Shown piece by piece: positions 59,300-64,000 of a stretch of DNA of 64,000 bases. Where the stretch lies: contig CAZQNH010000002.1 of NCBI GenBank assembly GCA_964594685.1, forward strand, positions 2,816-66,815, given 5' to 3'. Numbering within the stretch: position 1 is the first letter of the stretch; the number at the start of each line of letters is the position of its first letter. The notes beneath the pieces are model-generated. The model saw only the letters and a list, made by a program, of their open reading frames with translations. It did not search any database and was not told where the DNA came from. The position numbers and the translations under genes are program-made. Source of the DNA: an uncultured Halobacteriales archaeon. GTDB lineage: Archaea > Halobacteriota > Halobacteria > Halobacteriales > Halobacteriaceae.

Positions 59300-62200
59300 A
59301 TGCGCCCGGAGGACGCCGCGTACTTCGAGGGGCTGGAATCCCGGCTCGAGGACGCCATCGCGCTCGCGGAGACCGCCCGCGAGCGGGGCGAAGACCCCTC
59401 CTCTTCGGTGGAGATCCCGGTCGCCAAGGACATGGCCGACCGGGTCGAGAACATCCTCGGTATCGAGGGGGTGGCCGAACGGGTGCGGGAACTCGACGAG
59501 GAGGTCTCCCGAGAGCGGGCGGCCCTGGCACTCGTGGAGGACTTCGTCGAAGGGACTGTCGGGGACTACGACACCCGCGAGGGCAAGGTCGAGGGCGCAG
59601 TTCGGACTGCGGTCGCCCTCCTGACCGAAGGGGTCGTCGCGGCTCCCATCGAGGGTATCGACCGGGTCGAACTCCACCAGAACGACGACGGCACCGAGTT
59701 CGTCGCGGTCTACTACGCGGGCCCCATCCGCTCGGCGGGCGGCACGGCTCAGGCCCTCTCGGTCCTGGTTGCGGATTACGCCCGGACGCTCCTGGGTATC
59801 GAGAAGTACAAGCCACGCGATACCGAGGTCGAGCGCTACGCCGAGGAGGTCGCCCTCTACGACCAGGAGGTGGGCCTCCAGTATTCGCCTTCGGACGAGG
59901 AGACGAAGCACATCGCCAGGCACTGTCCCATCCTCCTCGATGGGGAGGCGACCGGTGACGAGGAGGTCTCAGGGTTCCGCGATCTGGAGCGGGTCGACAC
60001 CAACAGCCCGCGGGGGGGCATGTGCCTGGTGCTCGCCGAGGGGTTGGCACTCAAAGCCCCGAAGATCCAGCGGTATACGGACGACCTCGCGGACGTCGAA
60101 TGGCCCTGGCTGCAGGCCCTCATCGACGGGACGGTGGGCCAGGACGCTGTCTCGGCGGACTCACCGTCGGGGGACGGAGCCGCCGAAGAGTCCGAGGACG
60201 AACACGAGGACGGCCCCCCGCGGCCGAAACCCAAAGGAACGTATCTCCGGGACCTGATCGCCGGCCGCCCGGTCTTCGGCCACCCGAGCGAGCACGGCGG
60301 GTTCCGGCTCCGGTACGGCCGGGCACGGAACCACGGCTTCGCGACGGCGGGGGTCCATCCGGCCACGATGCACCTCGTCGATGACTTCCTGGCGACCGGG
60401 ACCCAGATCAAGACCGAACGCCCGGGGAAGGCTGCCGGGGTCGTGCCGGTCGATTCCATCAAGGGCCCCACCGTGAAACTCGCGAACGGGGAGGTTCGCC
60501 GGATCGACGACCCGGCCGAGGCCCTCGAGGTCAGGAACGGGGTCGAGACCATCCTGGACCTGGGCGAGTACCTCGTGAACTACGGGGAGTTCGTGGAGAA
60601 CAACCACCCGCTCGCCCCCGCCTCGTACACGGTCGAATGGTGGGTGCAGGACCTCGGAGCGGCGGGCGCCGATGTCCAGGCCCTGCGGGATTCCCCGTAC
60701 GTCGACCTCGAGGACCCGGAACCGGGGCAGGCGCTGAACTGGGCACGGGACCATGACGCCCCGCTGCACCCCGAGTTCACGTACCTCTGGCACGACATCG
60801 ACGTGGAGACCGCGGACCGCCTCGCGGACGCAGTCGCGTCGGGCGAGCTAGCGCAGGGGGCTGCCATGACAGATAGGGCTGCACGAAACGGCGACGAGGG
60901 TGGGCAACGAGAAGGCGACGGCGGTGGGCCCCGAGACGGCGACGAAAGAGCGGAGTCGATCGGGGACATGCTCGTCATCGATACCACCCCACCGGTCAGG
61001 GAGGCACTCGAGGCCCTGCTCGTAGAGCACGTCCAGCGCGAGGAGACGATCCGGGTCCCGGTCTGGCGGCCACTCGTCCGCTCGTTAGGTGTCAGTACCG
61101 ACCTCGAGCGCGAGTGGACCCTGGCCGATCTCCCGGAGCGTGCCCGCGAGTGGGCGAACGCCGTCGAGGCGATCAACGCCGTCGCCCCCTTCGAAGTCCG
61201 CGAGCGGGCGCCGACCCGGATCGGCAACCGGATGGGTCGACCCGAGAAGTCAGAATCACGGGAGTTGAGTCCCGCCGTCCATACACTCTTCCCGATCGGA
61301 AACGCCGGCGGCGACCAGCGGGACGTCAGCAAGGCCGCCTCGAACGGCGACGCTGTCGACGGCACCCAGGGGACTGTCGACGTAGATCTCGGGGTCCGGG
61401 AGTGCCCGGCTTGCGGGGCGCATACGTACCGGTCGCGATGTCAGGACTGCGGCGAGCGCACGCGCCCGTACTATGAATGTGACGAGTGCGGAATCGAAGC
61501 CCATCCGGACGAAGCCGGCCGGGTCGAGTGTCCCAACTGCGGGGAGCGGCTCTCGAGTGTGACCGTCCAGACAGTGGACGTTCGCTCGGAGTTCCAAGAC
61601 GCACTCTCCGCGGTGGGCGAGCGCGAGAACGCCTTCGACATCGTGAAGGGCGTCAAGGGACTCACCTCGAAGGCCAAGGTCCCGGAACCGATGGAGAAGG
61701 GGATCTTGCGGGCCAAACACGGGGTCTCGGCATTCAAGGATGGGACGGTGCGCTACGACATGACCGACCTGCCGGTGACCGCGGTGCGGCCGGCGGAACT
61801 CGACGTCTCTGTCGGCGAGTTCCGGGACCTCGGGTACGAGGTGGACATCCATGGCGACCCGCTGGAACACGACGACCAGCTGGTCGAACTCCGGGTCCAG
61901 GATATCGTGCTCTCGGACGGGGCGGCAGAGCACCTCCTCAAGACCGCGGACTTCGTGGACGAACTCCTCGAGGACTACTATGACCTCGATGCGTACTACG
62001 AGGTTGAGGAGCGCGAGGACCTCCTCGGCGAACTCGTCTTCGGTCTGGCACCCCACACGAGCGCAGCGGTCGTCGGCCGCATCGCTGGCTTCACCAGCGC
62101 CGCAGTCGGCTACGCCCATCCGTACTTCCACGCCGCCAAGCGCCGCAACTGCTTCCACCCGGAGACCGAGATCCGGTACGCCACGGGGGAGGCCGACTTC

Positions 62201-63475
62201 GCCGACCGGACCGCCACCATCGAGCGATTCGTCGAGGAGCGCCTGGAGGACCCACGGACGGACGACTTCGGGACCCTCGTCCAGGAGATCGACGACCCGG
62301 ACGTCTTCGTCCCCTCGCTCTCACCCGAGGGGGACTTCGATTACAAACCGGTGACTGCGGTATCGAAACACCCGTCGCCCGACCACTTGCTCCGGATCGA
62401 GACCACGGAACGCGAACTGACCGTCACGCCGGATCACTCGATGCTCCGGGTGGTCGAGGGCTCGAACCCCGGTCGGGCCACCGACGTCGAGCGGGTGGAT
62501 GCCTCACAACTCGAAGCAGGCGAGCGGATCCCGATCCACTACATCAAGCGGAGCCCGGTCGTCGAGGGGTCCGGACCGACCGGCCCCGAGGACCGGCAAC
62601 GGATGCACGCGGCGGGCTACGGCAACATCGAGGAAATCCAGATCGTGGATTCCCCCGTCGAATCCGTCTATTCTTTGACCGTCGCTGACACCCACACCCT
62701 GGTCGCCAACGACGTCTACGTCGGCCAGTGCGATGGGGACGAGGACTGCGTGATGTTGCTGATGGACGGCCTCCTCAACTTCTCGAAGCAGTACCTGCCC
62801 GACAAGCGTGGCGGCCGGATGGACGCCCCACTCGTGATGTCTTCGCGGATCGACCCCGAGGAGATCGACGACGAGGCCCACAACGTCGACGTCGTCGGCC
62901 AGTACCCCCGCGAGTTCTACGAGACGACCCGCGAGATGGCCGACCCAGGGGCCGTCGACATCACCATCGCGGAAGACAACCTTGGGACCGAGACCGAGTA
63001 CGCTGGATTCGGATTTACACACGACACCACCGATATCGCGCTCGGTCCGGACCTCTCGGCCTACAAGACCCTGGGCTCGATGATGGACAAGATGGACGCC
63101 CAGCTCGAACTCGCCCGGAAGCTCCGGGCCGTCGACGAGTCCGACGTCGCAGAGCGGGTCATCGAGTATCACTTCCTTCCTGACCTCATCGGCAACCTCC
63201 GGGCCTTTACCCGACAGGAGACCCGCTGTCTCGGCTGCGGGGAGAAGTACCGCCGGGTCCCCCTTACCGGGAAGTGCCGGGAGTGCGGGGGCGATATGAC
63301 CCTCACCGTCCACGAGGGGTCGGTGACGAAGTATCTGGATACGGCAATCGAGGTGGCCGAGGAGTACGGCTCCCGCGAGTACACCAAACAGCGCCTCCAG
63401 CTCCTCCAGCGATCCATCGAGTCGCTGTTCGAGAACGACAAGAACAAACAGAGCGGCATCGCGGACTTCATGTAA
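59300..63475 (+). CDS. polD2: DNA polymerase D large subunit (DP2) containing one intein
   Basis: PIRSAGGTAQALS, RIGNRMGRPEK, Zn fingers, HAAKRRN|intein|CDGDEDC catalytic motif, C-terminal CxxC pairs. Confidence 0.97.
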   Translation: MRPEDAAYFEGLESRLEDAIALAETARERGEDPSSSVEIPVAKDMADRVENILGIEGVAERVRELDEEVSRERAALALVEDFVEGTVGDYDTREGKVEGAVRTAVALLTEGVVAAPIEGIDRVELHQNDDGTEFVAVYYAGPIRSAGGTAQALSVLVADYARTLLGIEKYKPRDTEVERYAEEVALYDQEVGLQYSPSDEETKHIARHCPILLDGEATGDEEVSGFRDLERVDTNSPRGGMCLVLAEGLALKAPKIQRYTDDLADVEWPWLQALIDGTVGQDAVSADSPSGDGAAEESEDEHEDGPPRPKPKGTYLRDLIAGRPVFGHPSEHGGFRLRYGRARNHGFATAGVHPATMHLVDDFLATGTQIKTERPGKAAGVVPVDSIKGPTVKLANGEVRRIDDPAEALEVRNGVETILDLGEYLVNYGEFVENNHPLAPASYTVEWWVQDLGAAGADVQALRDSPYVDLEDPEPGQALNWARDHDAPLHPEFTYLWHDIDVETADRLADAVASGELAQGAAMTDRAARNGDEGGQREGDGGGPRDGDERAESIGDMLVIDTTPPVREALEALLVEHVQREETIRVPVWRPLVRSLGVSTDLEREWTLADLPERAREWANAVEAINAVAPFEVRERAPTRIGNRMGRPEKSESRELSPAVHTLFPIGNAGGDQRDVSKAASNGDAVDGTQGTVDVDLGVRECPACGAHTYRSRCQDCGERTRPYYECDECGIEAHPDEAGRVECPNCGERLSSVTVQTVDVRSEFQDALSAVGERENAFDIVKGVKGLTSKAKVPEPMEKGILRAKHGVSAFKDGTVRYDMTDLPVTAVRPAELDVSVGEFRDLGYEVDIHGDPLEHDDQLVELRVQDIVLSDGAAEHLLKTADFVDELLEDYYDLDAYYEVEEREDLLGELVFGLAPHTSAAVVGRIAGFTSAAVGYAHPYFHAAKRRNCFHPETEIRYATGEADFADRTATIERFVEERLEDPRTDDFGTLVQEIDDPDVFVPSLSPEGDFDYKPVTAVSKHPSPDHLLRIETTERELTVTPDHSMLRVVEGSNPGRATDVERVDASQLEAGERIPIHYIKRSPVVEGSGPTGPEDRQRMHAAGYGNIEEIQIVDSPVESVYSLTVADTHTLVANDVYVGQCDGDEDCVMLLMDGLLNFSKQYLPDKRGGRMDAPLVMSSRIDPEEIDDEAHNVDVVGQYPREFYETTREMADPGAVDITIAEDNLGTETEYAGFGFTHDTTDIALGPDLSAYKTLGSMMDKMDAQLELARKLRAVDESDVAERVIEYHFLPDLIGNLRAFTRQETRCLGCGEKYRRVPLTGKCRECGGDMTLTVHEGSVTKYLDTAIEVAEEYGSREYTKQRLQLLQRSIESLFENDKNKQSGIADFM
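60884..60946 (+). repeat. In-frame 24-nt tandem repeat within polD2 (about 2.6 units)
   Basis: Encodes RNGDEGGQ / REGDGGGP / RDGDE. Confidence 0.7.
62150..62728 (+). mobile_element. 193-aa mini-intein in DP2, no homing endonuclease, C-terminal Gln
   Basis: Begins CFHPETEI; block B TVTPDHSML; block F VYSLTVADTHTLVAN; ends VGQ before the +1 Cys of CDGDED. Confidence 0.92.
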
Positions 63476-63563
63476 CCCTCGTGACGGCCGATTCCGATGC
63501 CGAGCGCCCGTAGTCTCCGCCGGAGGGGCAACGTTTGATTCGCTCGACTCCATTATCGGAGAT

Positions 63564-64000
63564 ATGACCGATGGTACCGAAGGCCTCGATGGCTCCGATA
63601 GCACCGCCGGTCCCTCGGCGGTCGCCGAGGAGGCCATGCATCTGACCCTCGACGCCCCGTTCGAGGATGCCGTCCCGTACGTCCAACTCGAACACGAGTT
63701 CGTGGGATTCGAGACGGTACAGGTCACCCGCCTCGATTCGATGATCGAGGGGATGCTGGGCGAGGCCTACCCCAGGACGGCACTGCTGGTGATGTGTCAC
63801 GCGGAGATCGCCCGCGACGCTCTCGAGATCGACCCTCGGATCACCAGTCTGCTCCCCTGCACCACGATCGTGTACGAACGACCCGGCGACGAACGCGTCC
63901 ACGTCCACCACCTCTCCGCGACAAAGGCCATCCGAGATCTGGGTTGTGCCCCCGAGGGAACCTCCGCGGCCGTCCAGGCGATGGTCGAACGCACCGGGGA
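63564..64000 (+). CDS. DUF302-domain protein, running off the window end
   Basis: Hand translation: MTDGTEG...LTLDAPFEDAVPYVQ...LLVMCHAEIARDALEIDPRITSLLPCTTIVYE. Confidence 0.8.
   Translation, partial: MTDGTEGLDGSDSTAGPSAVAEEAMHLTLDAPFEDAVPYVQLEHEFVGFETVQVTRLDSMIEGMLGEAYPRTALLVMCHAEIARDALEIDPRITSLLPCTTIVYERPGDERVHVHHLSATKAIRDLGCAPEGTSAAVQAMVERTG

Noticed and set aside
58562-59923. Long antisense and alternate-frame ORFs (also 56085-57926, 19344-20471, 39087-40517, 20356-21681 and many others)
   Set aside because: They overlap well-supported genes, are Arg/Pro/Gly-rich or mirror-codon products, and are expected from stop-codon scarcity in high-GC DNA.

Overview
High-GC DNA from a halophilic archaeon (acidic proteome, Tat lipoproteins, TATA-type and often leaderless promoters); the species cannot be identified from the sequence alone. 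The window opens in the 3' end of the PolD small subunit (DP1) and closes just past the intein-containing PolD large subunit (DP2). Core genes at the two ends are lysC, tnaA, purO and tRNA-Gln(CUG) on the left, and cgi121, hel308, mdh, aconitase, hef and glyS on the right. Between them lies a ~36 kb mixed block: ECF transporter plus purine PRTase, a dpp ABC operon, PiT/Usp, an orphan trpB, a phasin-HhH fusion, arsR-arsM-arsN2, thyA-folA, a Pyrococcus-type ferredoxin, a class II HMG-CoA reductase and a protein-disulfide oxidoreductase. The most striking unexplained signal is at 41.4-41.6 kb: two full ORB/G-string boxes exactly 105 bp apart, two mini-ORBs and an AT-rich patch, all in a convergent intergenic gap, with no orc1/cdc6 gene anywhere in the window. 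This is a candidate orphan, relic or trans-activated replication origin. No CRISPR array, rRNA, integrase or transposase was recognised. All assignments come from reading motifs by eye; no database searches were run.
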